In this document: positions 1-9,571 of the stretch, piece by piece
How positions within the stretch are numbered: position 1 is the stretch's first letter
Layout: each line of letters starts with the position of its first letter
DNA from: a virus
Taxonomy: Duplodnaviria > Heunggongvirae > Uroviricota > Caudoviricetes
DNA length: 64,000 bases
Strand: one strand, 5' to 3'
Virus record (IMG/VR): IMGVR_UViG_3300038443_000233
Location: 1 to 64,000 of that record
Made by a program: the position numbers and the translations under genes
Notes under the pieces: generated by a model
What the model saw: the letters and a program-made list of their open reading frames with translations, nothing else
Told to the model about the DNA's origin: nothing
Databases searched by the model: none

Positions 1-40
1 TTGCCAGCGACAGAATGATACCAGCGAAAATCTTCTTCAT
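1..40 (-). CDS. partial CDS (N-terminus only; MKKIFAGIILSLA...), lipoprotein-like signal start
   Basis: ATG on the minus strand at ~38-40, preceded by the conserved leader (complement of 'tctcctttggttgg'). The ORF runs off the window start. Confidence 0.3.
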   Translation of the reverse strand, partial: MKKIFAGIILSLA

Positions 41-76
41 GTTCTCTCCTTTGGTTGGATTGACCCTTACGGGCAA

Positions 77-868
77 TTACTTCGAAACGTTGACCATGCC
101 CTTGAAATCGTACGGTACGACGATGGTGTGGACACGACCAGCGGCGATGCCTTCAGCGATCTTCATTTGGGCCTGAGCTTGCATGTAGTTCACCGCACCG
201 GCATTCGCGTTCAGTGCTGCGATACGCTTCGATTCCTGTTCGGCCTTCTGCACTTCGATTGCCGACTGCTTCAGTTCGTTCTGTGCACGGACGAGGTTGT
301 TAGCCGATTGCGTGATTGCCGAAGGCGGTACGGCGTTACGGATCAGCACTTGCGATACGATGATCGACGTATCCAGCTTTTCCTTCGCCAGTTCTTCCTT
401 CATGATGGCGACGATATCCGACTCGACCGCTTGTCGCTGGATGTTGATCTTCAGCGCCTCGTACTTCGGGATCACCTTCATCACAGCGTTCTTCGCGATG
501 GTTTGCACGTAGCTCTCCATCAGCAGCGTTTCGCCTTTCTCGTTCACGCCGTTGAACGACTTCGCCTTGTTGACGTACAAGTCGCTCACGCTCGACGGGT
601 TGATGTTGTAAACGACGGTAAGATCGAAGTCATCCATCGTTACGTTCTCGACCGTCTGCGGCCGGAGGTCTTTCACTTCAGCGTTGATTTCACGCACCGG
701 GAAGGTCAACACTTCGCCCACGAGGGTCTGGTTCACCGAGCTGGCGGGCAGTTCGGTAGTGTCGATGCTCTTGTCCCAGTGTTTGCGGAGGCCGACTTCG
801 CCGGTGTCGATACGAGTGCAGCCCGTGAATGCCAGAGCCATTGCGATCATTGCCAGTACTTTCTTCAT
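77..868 (-). CDS. SPFH/band-7 (prohibitin/stomatin-like) domain lipoprotein
   Basis: 263 aa. The N-terminus MKKVLAMIAMALAFTGC has a lipobox. The coiled-coil-rich body resembles SPFH family proteins. A conserved leader/RBS sits upstream. Confidence 0.6.
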   Translation of the reverse strand: MKKVLAMIAMALAFTGCTRIDTGEVGLRKHWDKSIDTTELPASSVNQTLVGEVLTFPVREINAEVKDLRPQTVENVTMDDFDLTVVYNINPSSVSDLYVNKAKSFNGVNEKGETLLMESYVQTIAKNAVMKVIPKYEALKINIQRQAVESDIVAIMKEELAKEKLDTSIIVSQVLIRNAVPPSAITQSANNLVRAQNELKQSAIEVQKAEQESKRIAALNANAGAVNYMQAQAQMKIAEGIAAGRVHTIVVPYDFKGMVNVSK

Positions 869-894
869 TTGTTTCTCCTTTTTGGTTGGTTGTA

Positions 895-1245
895 TTACAG
901 TTGTGCTTCGATTGCGTCCGCCAGTTGTGCGAACGTTGCGCCGTTGTCGTTGTGATTCATCAGGTTATCCAAGACACCGTTGATTTCGACCTTTTCACCG
1001 AACACTGCCCCGGTCCATCCGAGTACTTCAGTGGACGGCCCCATGGCAAAGTCTCCGTATTCGAAATTGCCAGAGCGCCGCCGCCTCCATTGACTCACTT
1101 CGGACACATCACAGATGACTCCCCACACGCAGAAGCAGTTGGAAGCGTCACGCAGAACGCTCTGTCCCTGCGTGTAATTTCCACTCCGAAGTGCTTCGAT
1201 TACCTTGGCCTTCGCTTCCGGGTTCATCTTCTGAGTTTGCTCCAT
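895..1245 (-). CDS. hypothetical protein
   Basis: 116-aa ORF. A minus-strand promoter (TTGACA-17-TAACAT) lies at ~1277-1305, followed by the conserved 'ccaacc..aggaga' leader. Confidence 0.5.
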   Translation of the reverse strand: MEQTQKMNPEAKAKVIEALRSGNYTQGQSVLRDASNCFCVWGVICDVSEVSQWRRRRSGNFEYGDFAMGPSTEVLGWTGAVFGEKVEINGVLDNLMNHNDNGATFAQLADAIEAQL

Positions 1246-1276
1246 AGTGTTCTCCTAGTGGTTGGTAAGTAGTGCT

Positions 1277-1305
1277 ATGTTACTTGTTTCGTTCTACGCT
1301 GTCAA
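1277..1305 (-). promoter_or_regulatory. promoter TTGACA-17-TAACAT
   Basis: It lies upstream of the gene at 895..1245. Confidence 0.5.
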
Positions 1306-1308
1306 GCG

Positions 1309-1596
1309 TTATTTCGACATTTTCTTCATCGAATCTGCCAGTGCTTCAGCCCGTGCTGCGGACGCAATCGGCATATCGATCAGCGAGTAATCCGCACGCA
1401 TCAGCGGACCGTATTGGCGCTCCATCTGCGGGATGATCTGGTTGCTCACGAAGTTGCCGAGTGCTGCGAGCTGACGTTGCTCCAGCTTGTCCAGCTCTTC
1501 CATTTCCTGCTTCTGCACTTCGATGCTATCGTTCCATTTCGAACGAGCCTGTTCGACACGTTGTTCCAGCGTGCCACGGTTCTTTGCTTGGCCCAT
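1309..1596 (-). CDS. hypothetical protein (coiled-coil)
   Basis: ORF 1309..1644. The likely start (MGQAKNRG...) abuts the stop of the upstream gene. Confidence 0.4.
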   Translation of the reverse strand: MGQAKNRGTLEQRVEQARSKWNDSIEVQKQEMEELDKLEQRQLAALGNFVSNQIIPQMERQYGPLMRADYSLIDMPIASAARAEALADSMKKMSK

Positions 1597-1597
1597 G

Positions 1598-1792
1598 TTA
1601 GATAGCCTCCATGCAGTCATCGAACACCACTTGCACTTCACCACCTTCTGTACGGAAGCGGCCGTTCATCCTCGATTCGACTTCGTAAGCGTCTTCAAAG
1701 CGCTCTACGAGCATGCCTTCTTTAAGGATGAAAGGGTTCACGTAGGTGTCTCCGCCAAGGTAGCGGTGCGTGGGTTTGAATTCTTTACTCAT
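1598..1792 (-). CDS. hypothetical protein
   Basis: 64-aa ORF in a translationally coupled chain (its start overlaps the stop of the gene at 1789-1792). Confidence 0.4.
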   Translation of the reverse strand: MSKEFKPTHRYLGGDTYVNPFILKEGMLVERFEDAYEVESRMNGRFRTEGGEVQVVFDDCMEAI

Positions 1793-2010
1793 TTCGTGCT
1801 CTCCTGTACGTTTTTGACGACCTTCTTCACTGCCGTAGCGGTGTACGGCTCCTTGCTGTCGGTCAGTGCACCGCCGAGGGTGACGACATCTGCTGCCAGA
1901 GCAACAGGTGTTTCGACAACTACACCTACCGTGGCTTTCGCCAGCTTACCGAGCATTCCGAACATTTTGTTTCCTTTCGTAGTTGATTGCGACAGGTAAG
2001 ATTGTTTCAC
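1789..2010 (-). CDS. hypothetical protein
   Basis: 73-aa ORF. A minus-strand promoter TTGACA-17-TACTAT lies at ~2033-2061. Confidence 0.45.
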   Translation of the reverse strand: MKQSYLSQSTTKGNKMFGMLGKLAKATVGVVVETPVALAADVVTLGGALTDSKEPYTATAVKKVVKNVQESTK

Positions 2011-2059
2011 TAGCGTGCAACGATAGTACTGCTACTTACCCTACCTGTCAACAATTATT

Positions 2060-2209
2060 TTACAGCGTCGATTCGCCTTCTGCATCTTCCCACCCATCCG
2101 TCCAGTCATTGAACTCTGTGGTCCCTTCCTGATACGGATTCTCGTCGTGGCCGTAGCCTTCACGGTACGCACGCTTACCTTCGTAATACTCGTCATTCAA
2201 AAACATCAT
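2060..2209 (-). CDS. Rmf-like small protein (ribosome modulation factor family)
   Basis: 49-aa ORF that is not in the supplied track (too short): MMFLNDEYYEGKRAYREGYGHDENPYQEGTTEFNDWTDGWEDAEGESTL. It matches the Rmf pattern RA(H/Y)xxGY...(C/N)PYQ...W..GW.(E/D)A. Its ATG overlaps the stop of the 2206..2694 gene (ATGA), and a GGAGGA RBS is present. Confidence 0.55.
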   Translation of the reverse strand: MMFLNDEYYEGKRAYREGYGHDENPYQEGTTEFNDWTDGWEDAEGESTL

Positions 2210-2694
2210 TCCTCCTTCGTAAACTCTTCAATCAGGGCGTCAAGCGATTCAACCACTTTGATACCCGCTCGTTGACAGATGATGTCAACATTACCTTTCC
2301 TCCAGAAACCCGGAGGGCAGCAAACATACACCCGGCGTGGAGTGTAAGGCCAGCTTTTAGTCGTAGGCAGTGCTACCACATAGCCAAGCTCCATGAGCGT
2401 GATAGGTGACATGGTGTTCGGATCGAAATAGAACACTACGTTCTCCGCTCGTGCGATATAGTCCAGCTCCCAGTTCACTTGCTCTGCGAACTGCGGATTG
2501 TCAATACTCTGCACCCAGCTTGAGTCCCAGTCTTCCCTGCGAGGATTGAAGATCGTCAGGTGAAGGTGATCGACGGCACGCACAAAGCGTTCCTGCCAGT
2601 CCTCGGCCTTGCCCATCTCGATACTCCCCGCAAGAAAGACCGTCTCACCAGTTTGCCAGAGTTGCTTATGGTGCGGCGGTCTTATCTCAATCAA
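2206..2694 (-). CDS. nucleoside 2-deoxyribosyltransferase-like protein
   Basis: 162 aa. It contains VFLAGS...ELGYVVAL, which resembles the motifs of the Rossmann-like deoxyribosyltransferase/DUF4406 family. Confidence 0.45.
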   Translation of the reverse strand: MIEIRPPHHKQLWQTGETVFLAGSIEMGKAEDWQERFVRAVDHLHLTIFNPRREDWDSSWVQSIDNPQFAEQVNWELDYIARAENVVFYFDPNTMSPITLMELGYVVALPTTKSWPYTPRRVYVCCPPGFWRKGNVDIICQRAGIKVVESLDALIEEFTKEE

Positions 2695-2709
2695 TCTACT
2701 CTCCTTTCA

Positions 2710-5211
2710 TTAGTGGCAAGTTGCCCAATTAGTACCGATCATGTAGCCAGCCGTCAACTCCACTTTAAGCTTGTAGTACTTACCAGCGTCGGTGACAGCC
2801 TTCGTGGCAAGCTCTCCGGCTCGATTATAGGCCACGTAGAAGCATTTCTCCGTGTGGCCGATATCAGACCATACCTTATCCGTTTGCGCGTCTTTAAACG
2901 CCTTACAAGCCTTCTTAGCGGCTGCTGCGGATTCGGTCAGTTCTCCGTCAACTTCCATCGGACCGTCGAACTTGAACAGCTTGAACGTCACACTCGACTT
3001 CGTTACCTCGCACTGTGCCTCGTCGTGGTAAGCGATGAGTTGCTGTGCGAACTTTTCCTTCTCTTCCAACTTGGCTTTCCAGTCATCCACGAAGAAATCG
3101 ACTGACAAACCTTCTTCCTTCAGGTAACGGTCATGCAGCACCATTGCCCGTTTTGCGCAGATAACGCCGCACGATTGGAACGCAGTGTTAATCACGTTAC
3201 CCTTCGCCCGGATCGGAAGCTTACGTCCATCGATACCCAGCAGGAATTTCTTCTGGCCGGTCGATTCCCAGTAAGCTTGCATTGCTTCTTTCAACTGCTT
3301 CAGCGGGAACGCTTGCTCCCAGAACGTGTTGAAGATGATGGTTGCCTCTTCGATGCTACAGCCCACGGTCTTAGCGATACGTGGAATCTGTGCATTGTAC
3401 GAGCATCCGTACTTCACGTTCTTTGCAGTCGAACGAGGGAACTTACGCCCCAGAATGTCCGTGATCTTAGCAGCAAGTACAGAGTGGCAGTCGTTCGGCT
3501 TCTCAGCCGTCAGCGACACACCGTACTCAGGTCCGCCCGGATAACGATAAGTATAGTGTGCTTCCACCTTAGCTTCAAGCGAATCGAAGTCATACCCCAT
3601 CTGGTAGAAGTATTCGTCTGTTCCAAACAACTCCCGCATCTCGTAGCCGTACATCGAAGACACACGCGGCACGTTACACACCAGCCTGTGCTTGAATCGA
3701 CTGGTAGCAGCACCGCACGTATCAGCAGGCGTAGGGATTCGTCCATCAACGTCCAGACGGTCAACCGACATCCAACCCTTCTGAATGTCTTCGTCATCGT
3801 CCGGATCGATACCGCCACCCAAAATACTATTACGACGGTGCTTATACGTCAGGTAGTGGGAAATCTCCTTGGCATATCCAAACTTCTCCGACAGCTTCAG
3901 CAGCTCCGGGTCAATCTCCTTCTCCATACCAATCGTCAGCGTAGGATTCGTATAAACCTTCAGCGGACGCTTCATATGGTCGTGGGCCAACAACTTCTTC
4001 AGTACGAAGTCCTTGCTCACACGAGGCGAGTACTCCAACTCTTCCAACCTGTCCGCTTTGAACGGGCTATCAAAAGTCTGGTCAACCCACTTCGTTACCG
4101 CTTCCACGAACTTTTCCTTCGTGATCTTCTTCTTCTTGCTGTCAACCGTCAGGTCGCGTTCCTTGTACTGCGTAGGGGACCAGCCCAGATCAACGAGCCA
4201 TTGCTTGATGTGCAACGTATCGTCCAGCTTGGCAGGCTCCGTAAGGAACAATGGTTCGTTCGGGATAGGCAACTTGTGCTTCTGTCCGAACACTTCCAGC
4301 CACCAATCACCCGATTCCTCGTACAACGATCCGCCATGCTTTTTGGCGAAGTTGAACATATGGCTGACGGGTTCTCCGTTGTTCTTGAACTGCTTCTTCA
4401 CCGGAGTGACATCCGCAAGCTTACCCTTCGTCAACGGTTTCGGAGGGATGAGCGGTTCCACGGTGGATCGTAGCTCTTCCATCTTCGCGTCGAGGAAGCG
4501 AACGTTTTCAATCGCTTTGTCACGATTGAATTTGAAGCCTCGATGCTCCTGCCGGGTGATGATTTCAGCGACAGCCTTTTCCAGCTCGTACGCGTCGTTC
4601 CAGTCCCAGTCTCCCCATTCCCTCCGAAGCCAGTTGTACACCCGCTTGTTGACGTGACAGTCTCGCATCATGTAGACGCCCATTTCCGGGTGCCACTGAC
4701 GGAACTCTGCCCCTCGCGGTGCATCAGCGGTAATCAGGCCCAGTTCTACAGCCTTCGCCCGCCAGTTGATCTTTTCCAGTCCGAGAATACTACCGAAGTA
4801 CTCGATACTATGCTGCGGACGGTCTGGGTTGAGCGTCTTCGACATAACGAGCGTGTCGGTAATGATGATGTCTTTCGTCTTCCCTTTGTACGTGATGCGA
4901 TCCGGGATGTCCAGCAGACGGCAACCGATGGAGTAGTTCATACCATCGTGCAGTTTCATCAGCAGATGGTCGTAGCTGATCGTATTGTGACCGATCATCT
5001 CGTCAACCTCTTCCATGATGAATTCAGCGTGCTCGCCCCGCCTCACTTGCTCCGGGCCGAACAGCCATTCGTCTTCAGTATCCCGTGCTACAAACCCGGC
5101 ACAATGCATGAACTCCGGGTCGTGCAGTCGGTAAGGGGAAGCCGTGTAATCAATGGACTCGGAATTCAGCAGGTTCTTCGCTTCCGTGTCCCAGATTGCG
5201 GCAATGCCCAT
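2710..5211 (-). CDS. DNA polymerase, family A, with N-terminal 3'-5' exonuclease
   Basis: 833 aa. The N-terminal AIWDTEA motif looks like Exo I. GRIPTPADTCGAATSRFKHR matches the PolA O-helix region (GRLSSS.PNLQNIP-like). 'KNVKYGCSYNA' resembles motif B. Confidence 0.85.
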   Translation of the reverse strand: MGIAAIWDTEAKNLLNSESIDYTASPYRLHDPEFMHCAGFVARDTEDEWLFGPEQVRRGEHAEFIMEEVDEMIGHNTISYDHLLMKLHDGMNYSIGCRLLDIPDRITYKGKTKDIIITDTLVMSKTLNPDRPQHSIEYFGSILGLEKINWRAKAVELGLITADAPRGAEFRQWHPEMGVYMMRDCHVNKRVYNWLRREWGDWDWNDAYELEKAVAEIITRQEHRGFKFNRDKAIENVRFLDAKMEELRSTVEPLIPPKPLTKGKLADVTPVKKQFKNNGEPVSHMFNFAKKHGGSLYEESGDWWLEVFGQKHKLPIPNEPLFLTEPAKLDDTLHIKQWLVDLGWSPTQYKERDLTVDSKKKKITKEKFVEAVTKWVDQTFDSPFKADRLEELEYSPRVSKDFVLKKLLAHDHMKRPLKVYTNPTLTIGMEKEIDPELLKLSEKFGYAKEISHYLTYKHRRNSILGGGIDPDDDEDIQKGWMSVDRLDVDGRIPTPADTCGAATSRFKHRLVCNVPRVSSMYGYEMRELFGTDEYFYQMGYDFDSLEAKVEAHYTYRYPGGPEYGVSLTAEKPNDCHSVLAAKITDILGRKFPRSTAKNVKYGCSYNAQIPRIAKTVGCSIEEATIIFNTFWEQAFPLKQLKEAMQAYWESTGQKKFLLGIDGRKLPIRAKGNVINTAFQSCGVICAKRAMVLHDRYLKEEGLSVDFFVDDWKAKLEEKEKFAQQLIAYHDEAQCEVTKSSVTFKLFKFDGPMEVDGELTESAAAAKKACKAFKDAQTDKVWSDIGHTEKCFYVAYNRAGELATKAVTDAGKYYKLKVELTAGYMIGTNWATCH

Positions 5212-5224
5212 CTAATCCTCCTTT

Positions 5225-5410
5225 CTACATTTCCAAAATAGCGTAGGTTTCGTCCGGAAACTCTTTGTCCATGAACGCCTTGTTGTGCAGCACAATGGCC
5301 TTATCCTCCGTCGTGCCTCCGGGGACTCGTCGCCCGTCCAAATCTTGAAGCGAACACGTACGCCATGAGGTTGTGCCCTTCACTTTCCGCATCAGTTTGT
5401 ATTTTACCAT
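5225..5410 (-). CDS. hypothetical protein
   Basis: 61-aa ORF lying between the helicase and the polymerase in the same operon. Confidence 0.35.
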   Translation of the reverse strand: MVKYKLMRKVKGTTSWRTCSLQDLDGRRVPGGTTEDKAIVLHNKAFMDKEFPDETYAILEM

Positions 5411-5502
5411 TCATTTCTCCTTAAAATGGTAGTGTTTCTATATCCGTTAGAGTATAACCTTCTGCAATTCTAGCAGAAACCCACTCTTCGTGGGTCTGCA
5501 TA

Positions 5503-7125
5503 TTACATTCCTTGCCAGTCGTAGTCACGCTGCATTTGCCGAAGCTCCCTCCGCAGATTCGGCATGTGATCCAGCCCCATCTCGGCATGCATCGCATCTA
5601 CTGCGTGCTCTCCGTTGATAGTGCCGTTCAGGTACAGAGGGGTTGCCCCCTCGTCGTGTCTTGCACCGTTAGCGTAGTAATCGATAGCTTCCGCTACCGA
5701 ATCGTTGATTTCCAGCACACGCATCGCACGAGTAACAGCAACGTACAGAAGGTTCTGTTCCATGTCCGTCAGGCCCACCCAGTCCCCACCGTCGTAATGG
5801 CTTGGGAAGTCGTCTGCCAGAATCACTTGGTCGTGCTCACGTCCCTTCGCCTTGTGGCCCGTGGTGTAGATGATCGCAGCGTTGTCCGGGTTCTGGTAGT
5901 TCTCCAGCGTCCGGGTAAAGCGGAAATAGTCCCCACCTTCGATGATGTTGACGATGCGCTTCATCTCGCCCTTCATCTTCTCGGCTTCTTCCTTGTACTC
6001 TTCCCACGTAGGGTACGGAAGCATGTTCTCGTGCTTGACGTTCTTCATGTCCTTCTTGGACAGGGCGAACGCCGATTGTAGCAGACGGATGAAGTCTTTT
6101 ACGTCGATTTCCAGACGGATGTTCTGTCCAGCGGCGATAGCTGCCACGGCATTATACAGCAGGCCGGAGTTGGTACGGAAGAGGTACATATGCGGCTTCG
6201 TACGATCCACTACGTTCCTGCCAATGATGGTAGGCTGGTCGAGGCCGGTCAGCTTCATTTTGCCTTGCAGGACAGCCGTAGCAACGTCAGCAACGCCTTG
6301 GCCGAAGCGGAAGCTCTTCGTCAGGGCTTCGGTGTGGCCTTCGATACGCTCCATCGCGTTGATCGCACCACGCCAGCCGTAGATAGCTTGGTAGCGGTCG
6401 CCCACGAGGATGATCTTCGCACCGTACTTGGCTTGGGTCATCACGATGTCCAGAACGCAAGGGGTGCTATCCTGCGCTTCGTCCAGATACACCACGTTGA
6501 AGCCCAGCTTCGGCTTGCTGAGCTGGAACAGCTTCAGGTAGGTATCGTGCGATGCCAGCACAGGCGATTTCGGGTCGGTGCGATCTTCCCAGAGCTTCTT
6601 CGCCAGTCGCAGCACGTACGCACCACTCGATTTGTCAGCGTCCAGAGCCTTCTTCATGTCGAAACGCGGAAGGTGATGCTCGCCAATTTCCGAGTCAGCC
6701 GATTGTTCGAAGCGTTCAACGGTTTGGCGAACGAACAGGCCGACAGCATTCTCGGTGACAGCCAGCGTACCCAGCTCCATGTCCATGATGCAGCCGATCT
6801 TGTAGAAGCGAGCGATTTCCGTGCCGGTGAATGCCACGTTGACGTAGCCACCCTTCGGACGGGTCAGCTTGTCTTGCAGGCTACGGCCAAACTTGGCGTA
6901 GGCAATGCTGTGAGTGGTCTTGCACGTGACGTGTTGCGGGAACTTCTCGGCTGCGTCGGTTGCTGTTACCTTGTTGAAGGCCACGTAGAGCGATGGTTCC
7001 TGCACTTCCCCCGACACCAGCTTCAGGGTTGAGGTCTTACCACTGCCTGCGCCTGCTTCGATCTTCACAATCATGTGATTGACCGCTGCGGCGATGCAGT
7101 TCAGTTGTTGTTCGGTAGGGTTCAT
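5503..7125 (-). CDS. superfamily 1 (UvrD/Rep-like) DNA helicase
   Basis: The Walker A motif is GAGSGKTST and Walker B is YLDEAQD. GDRYQAIYGWRGA matches UvrD motif III. The likely start MNPTEQQ has a GGAGA RBS, and a minus-strand promoter TTGCAT-17-TATAAT lies at ~7156-7184. Confidence 0.8.
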   Translation of the reverse strand: MNPTEQQLNCIAAAVNHMIVKIEAGAGSGKTSTLKLVSGEVQEPSLYVAFNKVTATDAAEKFPQHVTCKTTHSIAYAKFGRSLQDKLTRPKGGYVNVAFTGTEIARFYKIGCIMDMELGTLAVTENAVGLFVRQTVERFEQSADSEIGEHHLPRFDMKKALDADKSSGAYVLRLAKKLWEDRTDPKSPVLASHDTYLKLFQLSKPKLGFNVVYLDEAQDSTPCVLDIVMTQAKYGAKIILVGDRYQAIYGWRGAINAMERIEGHTEALTKSFRFGQGVADVATAVLQGKMKLTGLDQPTIIGRNVVDRTKPHMYLFRTNSGLLYNAVAAIAAGQNIRLEIDVKDFIRLLQSAFALSKKDMKNVKHENMLPYPTWEEYKEEAEKMKGEMKRIVNIIEGGDYFRFTRTLENYQNPDNAAIIYTTGHKAKGREHDQVILADDFPSHYDGGDWVGLTDMEQNLLYVAVTRAMRVLEINDSVAEAIDYYANGARHDEGATPLYLNGTINGEHAVDAMHAEMGLDHMPNLRRELRQMQRDYDWQGM

Positions 7126-7155
7126 GTATTCTCCGTTTGGTTGGTTAGTGAGGTC

Positions 7156-7184
7156 ATTATACGTAAGAAGCGCTACGTATGCAA
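7156..7184 (-). promoter_or_regulatory. promoter TTGCAT-17-TATAAT
   Basis: It lies upstream of the helicase gene and has a consensus -10. Confidence 0.55.
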
Positions 7185-7358
7185 GCCCTTCACAAAAAGA
7201 AAAGCCACCCGAAGGTGGCACACCCGCCCCGGAGGGCGGTTGTTGTCAGCAGCTTTCGCTGATGATCCAGATCAAGATGAGCAGGAACAGGAAGCTCGCC
7301 GCATCGTCTGCCAGAACGAGCAGGAGTGTGAACACGATAATGAGTGCAAGTAGCATAG

Positions 7359-7613
7359 TTACCCTTTCTTATGTAGTTTGCCATGCAGGAAGGTAGACGT
7401 AATGCTACCAAGCCCGCCTCCGAGGCCGATTGCCAAGACAACCCACCCCATTCCGTTGTGGACGACGTTGAGCAAGATGATAGCCTCGCATACAGCCATC
7501 ACCATGCTCGTCGGCAGAATCCAAAGATACTTCTTGTGCATCACGTTCAATTGTTGGAACGAACGCAATCCAATGTTCAAGAAGCTCGTAATGAATGCTA
7601 GGAAGTAAATCAT
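7359..7613 (-). CDS. small membrane protein (2-3 TM helices)
   Basis: 84-aa hydrophobic ORF. A further 36-aa hydrophobic micro-ORF (MLLALIIVFTLLLVLADD...) lies at ~7243-7353 on the minus strand. Confidence 0.4.
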   Translation of the reverse strand: MIYFLAFITSFLNIGLRSFQQLNVMHKKYLWILPTSMVMAVCEAIILLNVVHNGMGWVVLAIGLGGGLGSITSTFLHGKLHKKG

Positions 7614-8956
7614 TTCTGATCCAGCGTGTAATGCTTCGGGTTCTTCCCAGCATGCAGCTCGTTGAGGGCTTTCACCTTGGCCTTCAGCATGTCCAGTTCC
7701 TTCAGGTAGCCAGCCATACGGAGGCGGTCATCGATCAGCATGCCAGCAGCACGAGCTTCCAGCAAGATAGCGATGTTCGCCAACACACCGCCGAGGTTAG
7801 GAACACCGTCAGCCGGGTCGTCTTCTTGTCCGCATGCCCACGCCAGCAAGTGACGCATTGCGGCAGCGATGTAGATACTCGCCTCTACGGGCGTATTCGC
7901 GAAGTTGGCCTTACCGTACTTCAGTGAACCATTGTACAGACCGAGTGCGCCGTACGCAGTCGCCAGTGGGCTCCACATATTCAACGGCACCGACGACACG
8001 CCGTACTGACGCTTCGGGTTTGTGTCTGGAGCCACATTCGTATCAGGTTGCACATTACCAGTCCAATCGATACCAAATGGCTTCGTACTTTCCGTGTTGA
8101 TCGTTCCAGTTGTAATGACGCCCGGACCAGTGCCCAGAGCTGACAGCGAACCTACTTCAAGGGCAATCGATTTGCCCATACTTTGTGCCAGATCAACAAC
8201 CATCTGTTCCTGCGTTACGGTCTTCATCTGTTCGCTTTCCGGTTGGATGCGGTACGCTACGATATCGCCCCCACTACCGTCTTGTTTCCAGTCCCAGTAA
8301 TACGTATCTGCTGCGGTTGCCAGAAGCTCATCACCATCGCTAAAACGTATCTCCACCAATGTTCCCGCAACGACCGGCATTTTTCCACCTTTCCACTCGA
8401 TCCACTCGCTTACTGCGGGCTTCTGTTTGTGCTTATTCGGCGTCAGCACTTTGTAGCTTTCGATGGTAAAGCCGCCGAAATCGTACCAACAGAAATAACC
8501 GGCTCGTCCAGTTTCCGTGTTGCCGTTACGAAAACGAACAGACACCAGAACATCCTTTCGGACAGGGATAGTGTTGTGAGTCTTCTTGGTAGCCGTAGCA
8601 TCCCATTTACGCTGCGCACGACGCTTCTTGGAAGCCTTGCTTTCCTCGCGTTTGATAGCTTTCACTTCTTCCGCAGCAGCTTTCAGCTCGTCCAGCGTCA
8701 CTTCACGTTGCGGGCCTTTCACAACAGCGGAACTTGGAACTTTCGGAGATGTGCCCGATGCGTGCCAAATAGTGCCTTCGTCGTCCACGCGGATGTATGC
8801 CGCCGGGGAGTAATCATGAACTTGACGAGGATTGCCGAAGCCCCACCGGAAGCCCATAGCGAAGTATGCCTTCTCGGCTTCACCTGTAGAGCCTCCGTGC
8901 AGTTTTACGAATGTATCTTTGAACTTCGACGTGATTTGATTGGTTGCTTGCGTCAT
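7610..8956 (-). CDS. hypothetical protein (448 aa), replication-module protein of unknown function
   Basis: Long ORF with an RBS and conserved leader. A minus-strand promoter TTGACA-17-TACACT lies at ~8987-9015. No motif could be assigned confidently. Confidence 0.6.
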   Translation of the reverse strand: MTQATNQITSKFKDTFVKLHGGSTGEAEKAYFAMGFRWGFGNPRQVHDYSPAAYIRVDDEGTIWHASGTSPKVPSSAVVKGPQREVTLDELKAAAEEVKAIKREESKASKKRRAQRKWDATATKKTHNTIPVRKDVLVSVRFRNGNTETGRAGYFCWYDFGGFTIESYKVLTPNKHKQKPAVSEWIEWKGGKMPVVAGTLVEIRFSDGDELLATAADTYYWDWKQDGSGGDIVAYRIQPESEQMKTVTQEQMVVDLAQSMGKSIALEVGSLSALGTGPGVITTGTINTESTKPFGIDWTGNVQPDTNVAPDTNPKRQYGVSSVPLNMWSPLATAYGALGLYNGSLKYGKANFANTPVEASIYIAAAMRHLLAWACGQEDDPADGVPNLGGVLANIAILLEARAAGMLIDDRLRMAGYLKELDMLKAKVKALNELHAGKNPKHYTLDQK

Positions 8957-8986
8957 AATTTTCTCCTTGGTTGATTGGAAGTACGT

Positions 8987-9015
8987 AGTGTAAGCTATCT
9001 ACGTACGTGTGTCAA
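8987..9015 (-). promoter_or_regulatory. promoter TTGACA-17-TACACT (spacer contains TACGTACGT/TACGTAG)
   Basis: On the minus strand. It drives the gene at 7610..8956. Confidence 0.55.
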
Positions 9016-9229
9016 CTACTAATTTCCGTGCCGGGAAGTATAACCTGCCCCGTGCACGTTCAGTTTCTCTATCTCATGGTCCCGGTGCCTGCAAGCGTCT
9101 CTGAACGCCACCATAACACCGAGGGTATCGATACTGAACGACTTCACCCTTTGCTTGCCCTCGGAGTTTGCCCAAGATGCTCTGAAATAGTGCCGGGTGA
9201 AATCTTCACTTGGAAATGTCACTGAGACG

Positions 9230-9571
9230 CTAAATACCCCCAGTCACGCCGGATGTGTTACTTCCGCGCTTAGCTCGGTTTCTGTTGTTGCCTTGTATGG
9301 TAGTAGTACGAAGATTCTCCCTCCTGTTGTCACTCTTGTTGCCGTTGATGTGGTCAATACACATACTACTATCTGGCAGTTCTCCGTCTAGCAACGCCCA
9401 CACAACCCTGTGGCACAGCAGGCGCTCCCCTCCGAGCTTCAATCCCCAGTAACCAGAGGAAGACATGGCTCCCGCCATGTCCCCGGCTTTTACTCCGCCG
9501 CCTCTAGCCACCTTCCACCTAAGCCCGCTTGGTACGTTCGGGGCATATTCAAGGAAGTCTGCGTATTTCAT
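9230..9571 (-). CDS. HNH endonuclease
   Basis: 113 aa with the HNH motif CIDHINGNKSDNRRENLR. Confidence 0.7.
   Translation of the reverse strand: MKYADFLEYAPNVPSGLRWKVARGGGVKAGDMAGAMSSSGYWGLKLGGERLLCHRVVWALLDGELPDSSMCIDHINGNKSDNRRENLRTTTIQGNNRNRAKRGSNTSGVTGGI

Noticed and set aside
128-1272. Plus-strand ORFs 128..955, 297..512, 684..983 and 829..1272 overlapping the SPFH gene
   Set aside because: They are antisense to a gene with good RBS, promoter and domain evidence. They have low-complexity Arg/Leu-rich translations typical of reverse frames and no RBS.
3133-5241. Long plus-strand ORFs (446 aa, 214 aa, 232 aa) inside the DNA polymerase gene
   Set aside because: They are shadow ORFs on the strand opposite a well-supported PolA gene. 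Their Arg/Leu/His-rich composition and lack of motifs fit that reading.
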